Below, piece by piece: positions 1 through 10,108 of a DNA stretch of 64,000 nucleotides. The notes beneath the pieces were generated by a model, which searched no databases, was not told the origin of the DNA, and saw only the letters and a list, made by a program, of their open reading frames with translations. The DNA is taken from the NCBI GenBank assembly GCA_963704115.1, contig CAVPGY010000007.1, positions 48,658 to 112,657 of the forward strand, in the 5' to 3' direction. Within the stretch, counting starts at the first letter, position 1. Every line of letters begins with the position of its first letter. The stretch is from an uncultured Chloroflexia bacterium (GTDB lineage Bacteria; Chloroflexota; Limnocylindria; QHBO01). A program made the translations under genes and the position numbers.

Positions 1-1
1 G

Positions 2-835
2 TACCTCGCGCCGCTCGACGTGGCGCGCGACATCCCGAACTTCGACGCCAACGCGGCGGACAAGTACAAGGAGCGTTCGTACGATCCGGGCAACCGATAC
101 AGCGTGCCGTACCAGTCGGGCATCACCGGCATCGGCTACAACCCGGCGCTCGTCGACGAAGAGATCACCTCGCTCGACCAGCTCTTCGACCCCGAGCTCA
201 TCCAGAAGTACTGCGGCCAGATCGGCATGTTCAGCGAGATGCGCGACGTGCTGAGCCTCGCGCTGCTCTACAACGGCGTGACGCCGGAGGAAGCGACGAT
301 CGAGGAAGTCGAGGCCGCCCAGGAAGTGCTCCTCGAGCAGGCCGAGTGCGTGCGCGGCTACTACGGCAACGAGTACGCCGACGACTTCGCCAACGGCAGC
401 CTCGCCATCACGATGGCGTGGTCCGGCGACGTGTTCCAGCTCCAGCTCGACAACCCGGACCTCCAGTTCGTCGTCCCCGACGAGGGCGGCATCCTGTGGA
501 CCGACAACATGGCGATCCCAAAGGGTGCGGCGCATCCGAACGACGCGCTGGCCATGATGAACTACCTGTACGAGCCGGAGGTGGCCGCCCAGGTCGCCGA
601 GTGGGTGAACTACATCACCCCGGTGCCCGGCGCGCAGGAGATCATCCGGCAGCACGCCGCGGACGCGGAGGCCGAAGGCGACGCCGAGACGGCGGAGTAC
701 CTGCGGGCCGTCGCCGAATCACCACTCGTCTTCCCGACCGACGACATGCTTTCGCGCCTGTACAGCTACAAGGTTCTCGACGAGGCCGAGGAGCGGGAAT
801 GGGCGGAGCTCTTCCAGCAAGTGGTCCAGGGCTGA
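2..835 (+). CDS. potD: Polyamine ABC transporter substrate-binding protein (PotD/PotF family), 5' truncated by window edge
   Basis: Motifs YSVPYQSGITGIGYN, ITMAWSGD, EGGILWTDNMAIPKGA, MMNYLYEPEVAAQ; frame is open to the window start; permeases follow. Confidence 0.9.
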   Translation, partial: YLAPLDVARDIPNFDANAADKYKERSYDPGNRYSVPYQSGITGIGYNPALVDEEITSLDQLFDPELIQKYCGQIGMFSEMRDVLSLALLYNGVTPEEATIEEVEAAQEVLLEQAECVRGYYGNEYADDFANGSLAITMAWSGDVFQLQLDNPDLQFVVPDEGGILWTDNMAIPKGAAHPNDALAMMNYLYEPEVAAQVAEWVNYITPVPGAQEIIRQHAADAEAEGDAETAEYLRAVAESPLVFPTDDMLSRLYSYKVLDEAEEREWAELFQQVVQG

Positions 836-871
836 GCGCGTAGCCGACGATAGGGAGAGGACAGGGGTCGC

Positions 872-1732
872 ATGCTGACCTGGCTGCGCCATCACTCGGG
901 CATCGTCCCCTACCTCTTCCTGGTCCCGGGAGGGCTGTGGCTGATCGTCTTCTTCGTGGTCCCGCTGATCACGACGGTCTCGGTCGCGCTCCAGGAGGGG
1001 ACCCTCGCGACCGGCTTCCGGCTCACCTTCAACTTCGGGATCTTCCCGGAGGCAATCGACCGATGGAGCACGCAGCTCGTCCGGTCGCTGCAGTACGGCG
1101 TCACGGTCACGGTGCTGGCCATGCTCATCGGCTACCCGATGGCCTACACCATTGCCTTCCGCGGCGGTCGCTACAAGAACATCCTGCTGCTGCTCGTGAT
1201 CATGCCGTTCTTCACGAGCTTCATCATCCGAACCATCAGCTGGAAGTTCATCCTGGCCGACCAGGGCTTCGTCCTCGGGACGCTCAAGGACATCGGCATC
1301 CTCGACCAGGGGTTCCGGCTGCTGGCCACGCCGGTGGCGGTGATCAGCGGGATCACCTACAACTTCCTGCCGTTCGTGGTCCTGCCGCTCTACGTGGCGC
1401 TCGAGCGGATCGACCCCCGCCTCATCGAGGCGGCGACCGACCTGTACGCCAGCCGTCTCCAGGCCTTCCTGCGCGTGACGCTGCCCCTCTCCATCTCGGG
1501 GGTGTTCGCCGCGTCGCTGCTCAGCTTCATCCCGGCGGTCGGCGACTACCTGAACGCCGAGCTCCTGGGCAGCCGGAACGAGACGATGATCGGCAACGTC
1601 ATCCAGCGCCTCTTCCTGGTCAACCGTGACTACCCGGAGGCGGCGGCCCTCAGCCTCGTCCTGATGGGCGGCATCCTCGTCAGCATCTTCCTCTACATCC
1701 GTCTGCTGCGCGGCCAGGAGCTCACGGTCTGA
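872..1732 (+). CDS. potB: Polyamine ABC transporter permease (PotB family)
   Basis: Multiple TM segments; EAA loop LIEAATDLYAS; PFFTSFIIRT motif. Confidence 0.9.
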   Translation: MLTWLRHHSGIVPYLFLVPGGLWLIVFFVVPLITTVSVALQEGTLATGFRLTFNFGIFPEAIDRWSTQLVRSLQYGVTVTVLAMLIGYPMAYTIAFRGGRYKNILLLLVIMPFFTSFIIRTISWKFILADQGFVLGTLKDIGILDQGFRLLATPVAVISGITYNFLPFVVLPLYVALERIDPRLIEAATDLYASRLQAFLRVTLPLSISGVFAASLLSFIPAVGDYLNAELLGSRNETMIGNVIQRLFLVNRDYPEAAALSLVLMGGILVSIFLYIRLLRGQELTV

Positions 1733-2586
1733 TGGCGAGCATCGGTTCCCTTCCCGATCGCGGCCGACCGCTCGGGACGCGGGTGCGCAGCGCCGTCCTT
1801 CCGGTCTTCACCGCGCTCGTCGTCGCGTACCTCTTCCTGCCGATCATCGTGATGATCGTCTTCGGGTTCAACGACATCCAGGGCCGGTTCAACTTCGCGT
1901 GGCAGGGATTCACGCTCGAGCACTGGGCGAACGTCTTCAGCCGCTACCCGCAGCTCAACCAGGCGCTCATCAACAGCCTCACCGTGGCGATCGTGTCGAC
2001 CGTGGTGGCGACGACGTTCGGGACCCTCATCGGCCTCGCCCTCACCCGCTACGAGTTCCGGGGCCGCGGCGCGCTCAACCTCCTGATCTTTCTGCCCATC
2101 GCCACCCCCGAGATCGTGCTCGGCGCGTCACTGCTGGCACTTTTCGTGTCGCTGGCGACCCCGCTCGGCCTGCCGACCATCATCATCGCCCACATCATGT
2201 TCAACGTCTCGTTCGTGGTGGTCACGGTCCGCGCTCGCATCGCGGGCTTCGACCGCCACCTCGAGGAGGCGGCCATGGACCTCGGCGCCGACGAGTGGAC
2301 CACGTTCCGCAAGGTGACCTTCCCGCTCATCTTCCCGGGGATCCTCGCCGCCGGCCTGCTCGCCTTCGCGCTGTCCATCGACGACTTCGTGATCACGCAG
2401 TTCACGGCCGGCGCCCAGACGCTGACGTTCCCGCTCTGGGTCTACGGAGCTTCGCGCATCGGCGTGCCTCCGCAGGTCAACGTCATGGGCACGATCATCT
2501 TCCTCGTCGCCCTTGTCGGGATCGTCCTGTGGGTAGCGCTCCAGCGGCGTGACCTGACAGGCCAGCCAACCTCGGCAGACACCTGA
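1732..2586 (+). CDS. potC: Polyamine ABC transporter permease (PotC family)
   Basis: LFLPIIVMIVFGFN start; LEEAAMDLGA EAA loop; ALSIDDFVIT; coupled to potB by TGATG overlap. Confidence 0.9.
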   Translation: MASIGSLPDRGRPLGTRVRSAVLPVFTALVVAYLFLPIIVMIVFGFNDIQGRFNFAWQGFTLEHWANVFSRYPQLNQALINSLTVAIVSTVVATTFGTLIGLALTRYEFRGRGALNLLIFLPIATPEIVLGASLLALFVSLATPLGLPTIIIAHIMFNVSFVVVTVRARIAGFDRHLEEAAMDLGADEWTTFRKVTFPLIFPGILAAGLLAFALSIDDFVITQFTAGAQTLTFPLWVYGASRIGVPPQVNVMGTIIFLVALVGIVLWVALQRRDLTGQPTSADT

Positions 2587-3365
2587 TGTATCGCATCGGG
2601 GAGGCGGCGCAGCGCATCGGTGTGTCGCCCTCCGCCCTCCGCCTGTGGGAGCGGGAGGGCCTGGTCCGGCCCCGGCGCAGCGACCGACGCTACCGAATCT
2701 ACGACGACGCTGACCTCGACCGTCTGCGCCGCGTCCGCCGTCTGCGCGAGGTCGACCGCCTGAATGCCGCGGGCATCCGACGGTTGCTCCGCGACCCGGT
2801 CGGCGCGAGGCACGCCGACACCGCACATGACGGGTGGCTGCTCCGGCAGCTTCGCATGGATCGCCGCCTCAGCCTCCGCGAGGCAAGCGACCGCACCGGC
2901 CTGTCGGTCTCCTTCCTCTCGGCGCTCGAGCGCGGTCTCACCGGAGCCAGCGTGGCCACGCTCCAGCGCGTCACCGCGGCATATGGCACGACGATGCTCG
3001 AGGTCTTCGGCAGCCCCGGCGCGCCGGGGAACCGGCTCGTGCACGCCGAGGATCGCCAGGTGCTGCGCGTCGGACCGGCCGAGGTCCGGATCGAGCACCT
3101 CGCCCGCGACGCCCAGCACCTCGAGCCGCAGCTGTTCGTCCTCGCCGAGGGCGCCACCAGCGACGGTGCCTACGCCCATGAGGGCGAGGAGTTCCTCTAC
3201 CTCCTCTCCGGCGCCGTGACCATCTGGGTCGGCACCGAGGAGCCCTACCTGCTCGATCGCGCGGGCGACGCGCTCACCTTCCCATCCACGCTGCCACATC
3301 GCTGGCGAAACGACGCCCGCGGGGAGAGCCGACTGCTATGGATCAACACGCCACCGACCTTCTGA
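2586..3365 (+). CDS. Transcriptional regulator with MerR HTH + XRE HTH + cupin domains
   Basis: N-term YRIGEAAQRIGVSPSALRLWE (MerR); middle LSLREASDRTGLSVSFLSALERG (XRE); C-term HEGEEFLY...FPSTLPHRWRN (cupin). Confidence 0.85.
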   Translation: MYRIGEAAQRIGVSPSALRLWEREGLVRPRRSDRRYRIYDDADLDRLRRVRRLREVDRLNAAGIRRLLRDPVGARHADTAHDGWLLRQLRMDRRLSLREASDRTGLSVSFLSALERGLTGASVATLQRVTAAYGTTMLEVFGSPGAPGNRLVHAEDRQVLRVGPAEVRIEHLARDAQHLEPQLFVLAEGATSDGAYAHEGEEFLYLLSGAVTIWVGTEEPYLLDRAGDALTFPSTLPHRWRNDARGESRLLWINTPPTF

Positions 3366-4648
3366 CCGATTGGCGCGGCCTGCGCGCAGGAGTGCCACCG
3401 GTTTGGGCCCGCTACACCGATCTCGTCGTCGAGCGCGCCTCGGGCTCGTGGATCGAGACCCCCGGCGGCGACCGATACCTCGACTACACGTGCGGCATCG
3501 GTGTCACGAACACGGGACACGCGCATCCGCGCGTGGTGGCGGCGATCGCCGAACAGGCGGCCAAGGGGATCCACCTCCAGCAGAACGTGGTCTACCACCA
3601 GCCGGGGCTGGAGCTTCATCGCCGGCTGCCCGAGCGCTTCCCGAACCCGCGCAGCGGCGAGTCGTACGGGCTCTTCCTGTCGAACTCCGGCGCGGAGGCG
3701 GTCGAGGCGGCCGTGAAGCTCGCGAAGTACGTCACCCGGCGACCGATCGTGATCGCGTTCCGCGGGGGCTTCCACGGCCGCACCCACGGCGCCATGGCGC
3801 TGACCAGCTCGAGCGTGAAGTACCGGGCGCACTACGAGCCCCTGATGGGCGGCGTGCACTTCGTCCCGTACCCCTACCCGCTCCGCATGGGCGGCGACGA
3901 GGCGGCGCTGACGACCACCATGGCTGCGATCGAGGACCTCTTCACCACCCTGGTCTCGCCCGACGACGTCGCCGCCTTCCTCGTCGAGCCGGTTCTCGGC
4001 GAGGGCGGGTACGTGGTCCCACCCGCGGGATTCCTCCCGGCCCTTCGCCAGGTGGCCGATCGCCACGGAATCTTGCTCGCGGTAGACGAGGTCCAGTCAG
4101 GCTACGGGCGCACCGGGCGGTTCTTCGCCACCGAGTGGACCGATGCATCCCCGGACATCGTGATCATGGCCAAGGGAATCGCTTCCGGCCTTCCGTTGTC
4201 GGGCATCCTGGCGCCGCGATCCCTGTTGGACCAGCTATCGCCCGGCGCCCACGGCGGGACGTACGGCGGCAATGCGGTGGCGTGCGCCGCGGCCCTCGCG
4301 ACCCTGGCCGTGCTCGACGACGAGGGACTGGTGGAGCGCGCCGAGCGCGTCGGGGCCCGCATGCTGGCAGCCCTGGGCGAGCTGGCCGCGGGCCATGCGT
4401 CGGTAGCCGAGGTGCGCGGTCGCGGCCTCATGCTCGCCATCGAGTTCGCCGACGGTCCCTCGCTCACGCCCCGTCCCGATCTCGCGAAGGCGCTGCTCGC
4501 GGAGGCACTGGCAAGGAACCTGCTGCTCCTCTCGTGCGGCAGCTACGGCCAGGCGGTGCGCATCATTCCGCCGCTGGTGACGGCTGACGACGAAGTGGAC
4601 CTGGCACTCGGTATCATCGGCGAGGCGCTGCGGTCCATCGGCGCCTGA
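3338..4648 (+). CDS. Class III PLP aminotransferase (4-aminobutyrate/putrescine transaminase-like)
   Basis: NSGAEAVEAAVK, FHGRTHGA, EPVLGEGG, DEVQSGYGRTG, PLP lysine in IMAKGIASG. Confidence 0.9.
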   Translation: MDQHATDLLTDWRGLRAGVPPVWARYTDLVVERASGSWIETPGGDRYLDYTCGIGVTNTGHAHPRVVAAIAEQAAKGIHLQQNVVYHQPGLELHRRLPERFPNPRSGESYGLFLSNSGAEAVEAAVKLAKYVTRRPIVIAFRGGFHGRTHGAMALTSSSVKYRAHYEPLMGGVHFVPYPYPLRMGGDEAALTTTMAAIEDLFTTLVSPDDVAAFLVEPVLGEGGYVVPPAGFLPALRQVADRHGILLAVDEVQSGYGRTGRFFATEWTDASPDIVIMAKGIASGLPLSGILAPRSLLDQLSPGAHGGTYGGNAVACAAALATLAVLDDEGLVERAERVGARMLAALGELAAGHASVAEVRGRGLMLAIEFADGPSLTPRPDLAKALLAEALARNLLLLSCGSYGQAVRIIPPLVTADDEVDLALGIIGEALRSIGA

Positions 4649-4678
4649 AGCGAAGCCGTCCGCAGCCGGGAGGTCTCC

Positions 4679-5062
4679 ATGGCACAACGCGTCTGGGTCG
4701 TCGACGACGAGCCGCTCATCCGCACCGCCGTCCTCGCCGTCCTGGACGAGGTCGGCTACGAGGCGCGCGGATTCGCCGACGCCGAGGGGCTCTATACCGC
4801 GCTCGTCGAGGAGGGAACCGTGCCGGATCTGCTGATCCTCGACCAGCGCCTGCCTGACGAGTTCGGCTCCACGATCGTTCACTCCCTGCGCGAGCGGCCG
4901 CAGTATCGCGACATCCGGGTCCTCTTCGTCACCGCCATCGACGACGAGGAGGCGGGGCGACTCACCGACCTGGCACCGGTGGTCCGCAAGCCGTTCGACT
5001 TCGTCGACCTCGTCGAGGCGGTTCGGGGACAGCTCGCGGCATCGGACGCGGACGAGGCCTAG
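4679..5062 (+). CDS. Single-domain response regulator receiver
   Basis: VWVVDDE, PDLLILD, LFVTA, RKPFD receiver motifs. Confidence 0.85.
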   Translation: MAQRVWVVDDEPLIRTAVLAVLDEVGYEARGFADAEGLYTALVEEGTVPDLLILDQRLPDEFGSTIVHSLRERPQYRDIRVLFVTAIDDEEAGRLTDLAPVVRKPFDFVDLVEAVRGQLAASDADEA

Positions 5063-5103
5063 CTCAGGGGGTCGACCCCACGACGGAGGCACCCCGGGCA
5101 CCG

Positions 5104-6315
5104 ATGATCCGTACCACGCCGTTTCACGATCGGACCAGCGCGCTCAACCAGACCGGTCTCTGGCAGCACTGGTCCGCCCACCTCGTCGCGACGCGCTACC
5201 AGGCATCGGACAAGTTCGAGTACTTCGCGGTCCGCAACAGCGCCGGAATCTTCGACACCTCGCCGCTCTACAAGTACCGCATCACCGGACGCGACAGCGA
5301 GCGCTTCCTGTCCGGCATGCTGGCCCGCGACATCCGGAGCTGTCCGCCGGGGCACGCCCAGTACACGACCTGGCTGGACGACCGCGGATTTGTCCTGGAG
5401 GATGGGGTCATCCAGCATCGCCAGCCCGACGAGTACCTGCTGACCTCCGCGGAGCCGAACCTCGCCTGGTTCGCCGATCGGGTGGGCCGGCTGGCGGTGA
5501 CGGTGGAGGAGGTCAGCCTGGACGTCGGCGCGCTGGCGGTGCAGGGCCCGCGCTCGCGCGACCTGCTGGCACGCCTGATGCCGGGCGTGAGCGACCTGCC
5601 GTTCTTCGGGCTGACGTCGGGAACCATCGGCGGACGCGGCGTGACGGTGACCCGCACGGGCTACACCGGCGACCTGGGCTACGAGGTCTGGGTCGATGCC
5701 CCCGATGCCGCCGAGGTGTGGGATGCCGTGTGGGAGGCCGCCGAGGGGTACGGCGTGCTTCCCTACGGGATGGATGCGCTCTACATGCTGCGCATCGAGG
5801 CCGGGCTGCTGCTGCTGGGCGCTGACTTCGATTCCAGTCGCTTCGCCTTCAACGATGCCCACCGCTCGACGCCCATGGAGCTCGGATGGGCCTGGATGCT
5901 CAAGGGGCTCGAGGAGGACGATCGTCCGTTCATCGGCCGCCGGGCCCTGGAGCGGGAGCGCGCGGAGAAGACGTCCCGATGGCGGATGGTGGGCCTGGTG
6001 GTCGACTGGCAGGACTACGACCGCGTCTACTCGGGGGCCGGTCTCATCCCGCCGAAGGATCACCGGCCGGTCCACGAGGACTGGATGGTGTACGACGCCG
6101 ATCGGTCCCGCATCGGCTACGCGACGAGCATCATGTACTCGCCGGTGCTCCAGCAGCACATCGCACTGGCGCGCGTGCGACCCGACCTGGCGAAGCCCGG
6201 AACGCGGGTCTTCCTCGAGTTCACCGTCGACCACCAGTACCAGCAGGTCGCGGCCAGCGTGTCGCGGCTGCCCCTCTACAACCCGGCACGCAAGATGAGC
6301 ATGGGTGACCGATGA
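5104..6315 (+). CDS. Aminomethyltransferase family protein (GcvT-like)
   Basis: VRNSAGIFDTSPL, LAVQGPRS, TRTGYTGDLGYEVW, GMDALYMLRIEAG. Confidence 0.88.
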   Translation: MIRTTPFHDRTSALNQTGLWQHWSAHLVATRYQASDKFEYFAVRNSAGIFDTSPLYKYRITGRDSERFLSGMLARDIRSCPPGHAQYTTWLDDRGFVLEDGVIQHRQPDEYLLTSAEPNLAWFADRVGRLAVTVEEVSLDVGALAVQGPRSRDLLARLMPGVSDLPFFGLTSGTIGGRGVTVTRTGYTGDLGYEVWVDAPDAAEVWDAVWEAAEGYGVLPYGMDALYMLRIEAGLLLLGADFDSSRFAFNDAHRSTPMELGWAWMLKGLEEDDRPFIGRRALERERAEKTSRWRMVGLVVDWQDYDRVYSGAGLIPPKDHRPVHEDWMVYDADRSRIGYATSIMYSPVLQQHIALARVRPDLAKPGTRVFLEFTVDHQYQQVAASVSRLPLYNPARKMSMGDR

Positions 6316-7910
6316 GCACGGACCGATACGACGCGATCGTGGTGGGTGGCGGCCACAACGGACTGGTCAACGGCGCCTACCTGGCACGGGCCGGGCTGAA
6401 GACGCTGATCCTGGAGCGCCGCCACCTGGTCGGCGGCGGCGCCATCACCGAGGAGCTTCGGCCCGGCTTCCAGTTCACGACCTTCAGCTACGCGCTGTCG
6501 CTGCTGCGGCCCCAGATCATCCAGGAGCTGCAGCTGACGAATCATGGGTTCCTGCCGCTGCTGATGGCCACCCGGTTCGCGCCCGGCGAGGACGGCGACT
6601 ACCTGCTCTTCAACCGCGACCACGACGAGACGCTGCGTGAGATCGCCCGGCTCTCGCCGCACGATGCCGATGCCTACGAGCAGTACAGCCATGACCTCGA
6701 TCGTGTCTGCCAGGCGATCAAGCCGCTGCTGGACACGGTCCCGCCGGACCTCTTCAGCAGCGACCCGGAGGAGCTGGTCGCGCTGGCGGCCGTCGGCTCC
6801 CGACTCCGCGGACTCGACCGGCGAACGCTGCACAACGCGGTGCGGCTGCTGACCGGGAGCGCCGCCGACTTCCTCGACGACTACTTCGAGTCGCCGCTGC
6901 TGAAGGGCTACCTGGCCTCGTCCGGGATCATCGGCTCGAAGGTCGGCCCGCGCTCACAGGGAAGCGGCCTCGTCCTGCTCTTCCACTCGCTGGGCGAGCA
7001 CGACGGTGAGTTCGGCAGCTGGGCCTTCCACAAGGGCGGCAACGGCGGCTTCACCCAGGTGCTGGCACGGGCGGCCGAGGCATTCGGCGCCGAGATCCGG
7101 CTTGAGGCACCCGTCGAACGCGTCGTGACCCGCGACGGTGAGGTCACCGGGGTGGCGCTCGCCGATGGGACCGAGATCGCGGCCGGCGTGGTCGTCAGCG
7201 CGCTCGATCCGCGTCGCACGTTCCTCGAGCTGGTCGACCCGCGGGAGATGCCGGACGACCTGGTGGAGGACATCCGGCGCATGAAGTTCCAGGGCGTCAG
7301 CTCGAAGGTGAACTTCGCGCTCGACGGGCTGCCCGCGCACCCGGTGCTCGGCGCGCGGCCCGACCTATATCGCGGCTTCATGAACATCGGTCCGTCGATG
7401 GACTACCTGGAGCATGCCTTCGACGACGCGAAATACGGCTGGTACAGCGAGCACCCGTACATCGACTGTGCCATCCAGTCCACGATCGACCCCGACATGG
7501 CGCCGCCCGGCAAGCACGTGCTCTCGTGCTTCGTCCAGTACACGCCGTACGAGCTTCGGGAGAGCGACTGGGACGCGGAGCGCGACCACATGGCGGATCG
7601 GGTCCAGGCGACGCTGGAGCGGCACTTCCCCGGGTTCGGCGAACTCGTGCTCCAGCGCGAGGTGCAGACGCCGCTCGACATCGAGCGCACCGTCGGCCTG
7701 TCGGAGGGGAACATCTTCGCTGGCGAGTTCCTGGCGCCCCAGATGTTCTTCTTCCGCCCGGCGCCCGGCTGGTCGCAGTACCGAACCCCGATCGCCGGCT
7801 ACTACCAGTGCGGCTCGGGGACCCACCCGGGCGGCTGCGTGATGGGAGCGCCAGGCCGCCTCGCGGCCGGCCAGATCATCCGCGATCGGGAGCGCGCCGC
7901 CGGAGGCTGA
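6312..7910 (+). CDS. Phytoene dehydrogenase-like FAD-dependent oxidoreductase (PYROXD2-like)
   Basis: GGGHNGLVNGAYLA Rossmann motif; TPLDIERTVGLSEGNIF; YQCGSGTHPGGCVMG. Confidence 0.88.
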   Translation: MSTDRYDAIVVGGGHNGLVNGAYLARAGLKTLILERRHLVGGGAITEELRPGFQFTTFSYALSLLRPQIIQELQLTNHGFLPLLMATRFAPGEDGDYLLFNRDHDETLREIARLSPHDADAYEQYSHDLDRVCQAIKPLLDTVPPDLFSSDPEELVALAAVGSRLRGLDRRTLHNAVRLLTGSAADFLDDYFESPLLKGYLASSGIIGSKVGPRSQGSGLVLLFHSLGEHDGEFGSWAFHKGGNGGFTQVLARAAEAFGAEIRLEAPVERVVTRDGEVTGVALADGTEIAAGVVVSALDPRRTFLELVDPREMPDDLVEDIRRMKFQGVSSKVNFALDGLPAHPVLGARPDLYRGFMNIGPSMDYLEHAFDDAKYGWYSEHPYIDCAIQSTIDPDMAPPGKHVLSCFVQYTPYELRESDWDAERDHMADRVQATLERHFPGFGELVLQREVQTPLDIERTVGLSEGNIFAGEFLAPQMFFFRPAPGWSQYRTPIAGYYQCGSGTHPGGCVMGAPGRLAAGQIIRDRERAAGG

Positions 7911-7993
7911 GAGGATCGCGCGACAGGTCGTCAGCTGTCGCGCTCGGCTGCGCTGGGAAGGTCAGGGAGCGCGTGGCCGCCCATCGCCCGCAG

Positions 7994-8491
7994 TCAGCCC
8001 TCCGGCGCCATACGGCGGTAGCCCGACGCGTACCACAGCAGGGGCTCGGCATCCTCGCGGAAGCTCGCCGCCACGATCTCGCCGATGAAGATGGTGTGAT
8101 CGCCACCGGCGTGGCGCTCGATCAGCCGGCAGTCGAAGTAGGCCAGCGCGTCCTCGAGGATCGGCGATCCCGTCTCCGCCTCGTGCCATGCGGCGCCGCA
8201 GAATCCGGTCAGCTTCTCGGCCGTCGTCGCCCGGGCGAAGCACTCCGCCAGCTCCTGCTGGCCGTCGGCGAGGACGCTGATGGAGAACGCGTGGGAGCCG
8301 ACGATGGCGCCATGCGTCTCGGCCTTGCGCGCGACGCTGGCCATCATCAGCGGCGGGTCGATGCTGATCGAGGCGATGGCGTTGGCCGTCATGCCCGCCA
8401 GGAGCGGGCCGTGGCGGGCAGCGACGACGGTCACCCCGGTCGCGAAGCGCGCCATCAGGTCACGCATGCGACGTCGCTCGCGCTCCTCCAT
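7994..8491 (-). CDS. Flavin reductase-like protein
   Basis: FATGVTVV, GMTANAIASISIDPP, GDHTIFIGEIV; ATG at 8491 just after the upstream stop (the 516-aa ORF call is over-extended). Confidence 0.88.
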   Translation of the reverse strand: MEERERRRMRDLMARFATGVTVVAARHGPLLAGMTANAIASISIDPPLMMASVARKAETHGAIVGSHAFSISVLADGQQELAECFARATTAEKLTGFCGAAWHEAETGSPILEDALAYFDCRLIERHAGGDHTIFIGEIVAASFREDAEPLLWYASGYRRMAPEG

Positions 8492-8502
8492 GCGGGCTGG
8501 CG

Positions 8503-9351
8503 TCAGCCGGCCACGGGGGTGGCGGCGAGGCGCGTGAGCGCCACGAAGGTCCGGTAGAAGGCGTCGCCGTCGGGAGCGCCGAACGCGACGGTGTGGCCCC
8601 GGATCCTGGTTGTACCGGGGAGGACGGCGGCGTAGTCCGCCTGGATCGGCAGACGGAAGTCGATCTCGGCGGCGAGTGGCCGGGCGGGCTCGTAGCGTGC
8701 CATCTCGTCGAGCCGTCCCAGCGCACGGCGCATGCCCTCCCGGATCGCCTCGGCGGCGCGTGCCGGCGAGAGGGAGTCGGCCACGCTGTAGCCGAGGCCG
8801 CGCTTGACGACGACGCGCTCCGCCCACGGCAGGAGGGCTTCCACCTCCCTGGCCAGGGCATGGTCGCCGCTGACGAGGACCACCGGGACGCCATGGTGGC
8901 CCAGGCGGATCGCGTTGAGTGCGGCCTCGTTGTGGGAGACGCCGCTGACCCGGACGTCCATCACGGTGGCGGAGGAGTAGGTATGCGCGATGACGCCGGT
9001 GGGATGGCCCGCCCCGGCGTGGTAGCCGATGAAGGCCGCCGCGTCGAACGCGCCGTCCTTCCCTTCCCCGACCCCCTGGGTCATGCTCAGCGGCTTGTCG
9101 CCGATCACCAGGCGGGCTCGTGGGTCGAGGTCTCCTGCCCGCAGGTTGCGCATCTGCCAGTGGCTGTCGTTGACGACCACCTCCCGTGCGCCGGCCGCGA
9201 AGGCGGCCTCGATCGCCGCGTTCGCCTCGGCGGCCATCAGGCCGCGGGCGATGTCGTAGTCGACCCGGTCGATGCCGCCCCCGAAGGCCACCTGGTGCGG
9301 ATGTGCGACGCCGGCGAGCCCCTCCATGTCGATCGAGACGTAGATGCGCAT
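8503..9351 (-). CDS. dppA: M55 family metallopeptidase (D-aminopeptidase DppA-like)
   Basis: YVSIDMEG, VVVNDSH, IGYHA, AHTY, GHHGVPVVLVSGD; ATG at 9351. Confidence 0.88.
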   Translation of the reverse strand: MRIYVSIDMEGLAGVAHPHQVAFGGGIDRVDYDIARGLMAAEANAAIEAAFAAGAREVVVNDSHWQMRNLRAGDLDPRARLVIGDKPLSMTQGVGEGKDGAFDAAAFIGYHAGAGHPTGVIAHTYSSATVMDVRVSGVSHNEAALNAIRLGHHGVPVVLVSGDHALAREVEALLPWAERVVVKRGLGYSVADSLSPARAAEAIREGMRRALGRLDEMARYEPARPLAAEIDFRLPIQADYAAVLPGTTRIRGHTVAFGAPDGDAFYRTFVALTRLAATPVAG

Positions 9352-9353
9352 CG

Positions 9354-9653
9354 CTACCGGTATCGCTCCAGCTTCTCCAGGATGCTGCTGGTCGTGGCCC
9401 AATCCTCGGCGGTCGGCGCTTCGCCGAGATGCAGGTGAAAGAGCGGCACTGCATTCCAGCACGGCCCGTCCACGAGCGGCAGATGGATCCCGAGATCGCC
9501 CCGGTCCAGGGCGGCCACGAGCGTGGCGCCCCGATCGCCGCCACGCGCCTGGGCCCGGGTCAGCGAGTCGGCGAAGCCGGCCGAACCACCGAACTCGACG
9601 CCGATCCGCATTGCGGCCAATCCGGTCTCTGGCACGCGGAGGGAATCGGTCAT
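9354..9653 (-). CDS. Hypothetical protein
   Basis: 99-aa ORF coupled to both neighbours (overlap or 2-bp gap); no family recognised. Confidence 0.6.
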   Translation of the reverse strand: MTDSLRVPETGLAAMRIGVEFGGSAGFADSLTRAQARGGDRGATLVAALDRGDLGIHLPLVDGPCWNAVPLFHLHLGEAPTAEDWATTSSILEKLERYR

Positions 9654-10072
9654 CCGAGCATCTCCACCAGCCAGCTGAACGCGACCGCGGACCCGATGAC
9701 GGCGAAGGCGAGCACGAGCAGGAGCAGCACACCGCCGACGAGGGTCGCCCAGCGCGGGACCCGAGACTCGTCGAGGGCGACGTGCTGTGGCGGCACCTGC
9801 GCGAGTGACCCGCTGCCGAGCCAGACCGCGAGCGCATCGCCATCCACGCGTACCTCGACATCATCGTCCAGGGGCATGACCACCAGGCGCTCGCCGCTCG
9901 GCAGTTTGTCGGTGGTGAGGAGCGCACGGCCGCGCTGCGTCGGATCGGCCTCGCGAACCAGCAGCGCGTGATCGCCCGCGGCGGTCAGGGGCATCGCCTC
10001 GAGGCGCCCAGAGCGGCCGATCGGAATGACCGGCTCGCTGGCCGTCTCGCCGGGATCGCTGCTCGCCTCCAC
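9650..10072 (-). CDS. Hypothetical protein with C-terminal TM helix
   Basis: Hydrophobic C-term LVGGVLLLLVLAFAVIGSAVAF; GTG start at 10072 chosen to avoid overlap with the divergent gene. Confidence 0.55.
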   Translation of the reverse strand: MEASSDPGETASEPVIPIGRSGRLEAMPLTAAGDHALLVREADPTQRGRALLTTDKLPSGERLVVMPLDDDVEVRVDGDALAVWLGSGSLAQVPPQHVALDESRVPRWATLVGGVLLLLVLAFAVIGSAVAFSWLVEMLG

Positions 10073-10108
10073 GCGCTCGATGGTATCAGCGGGGCGTATC
10101 GTTGCGGG

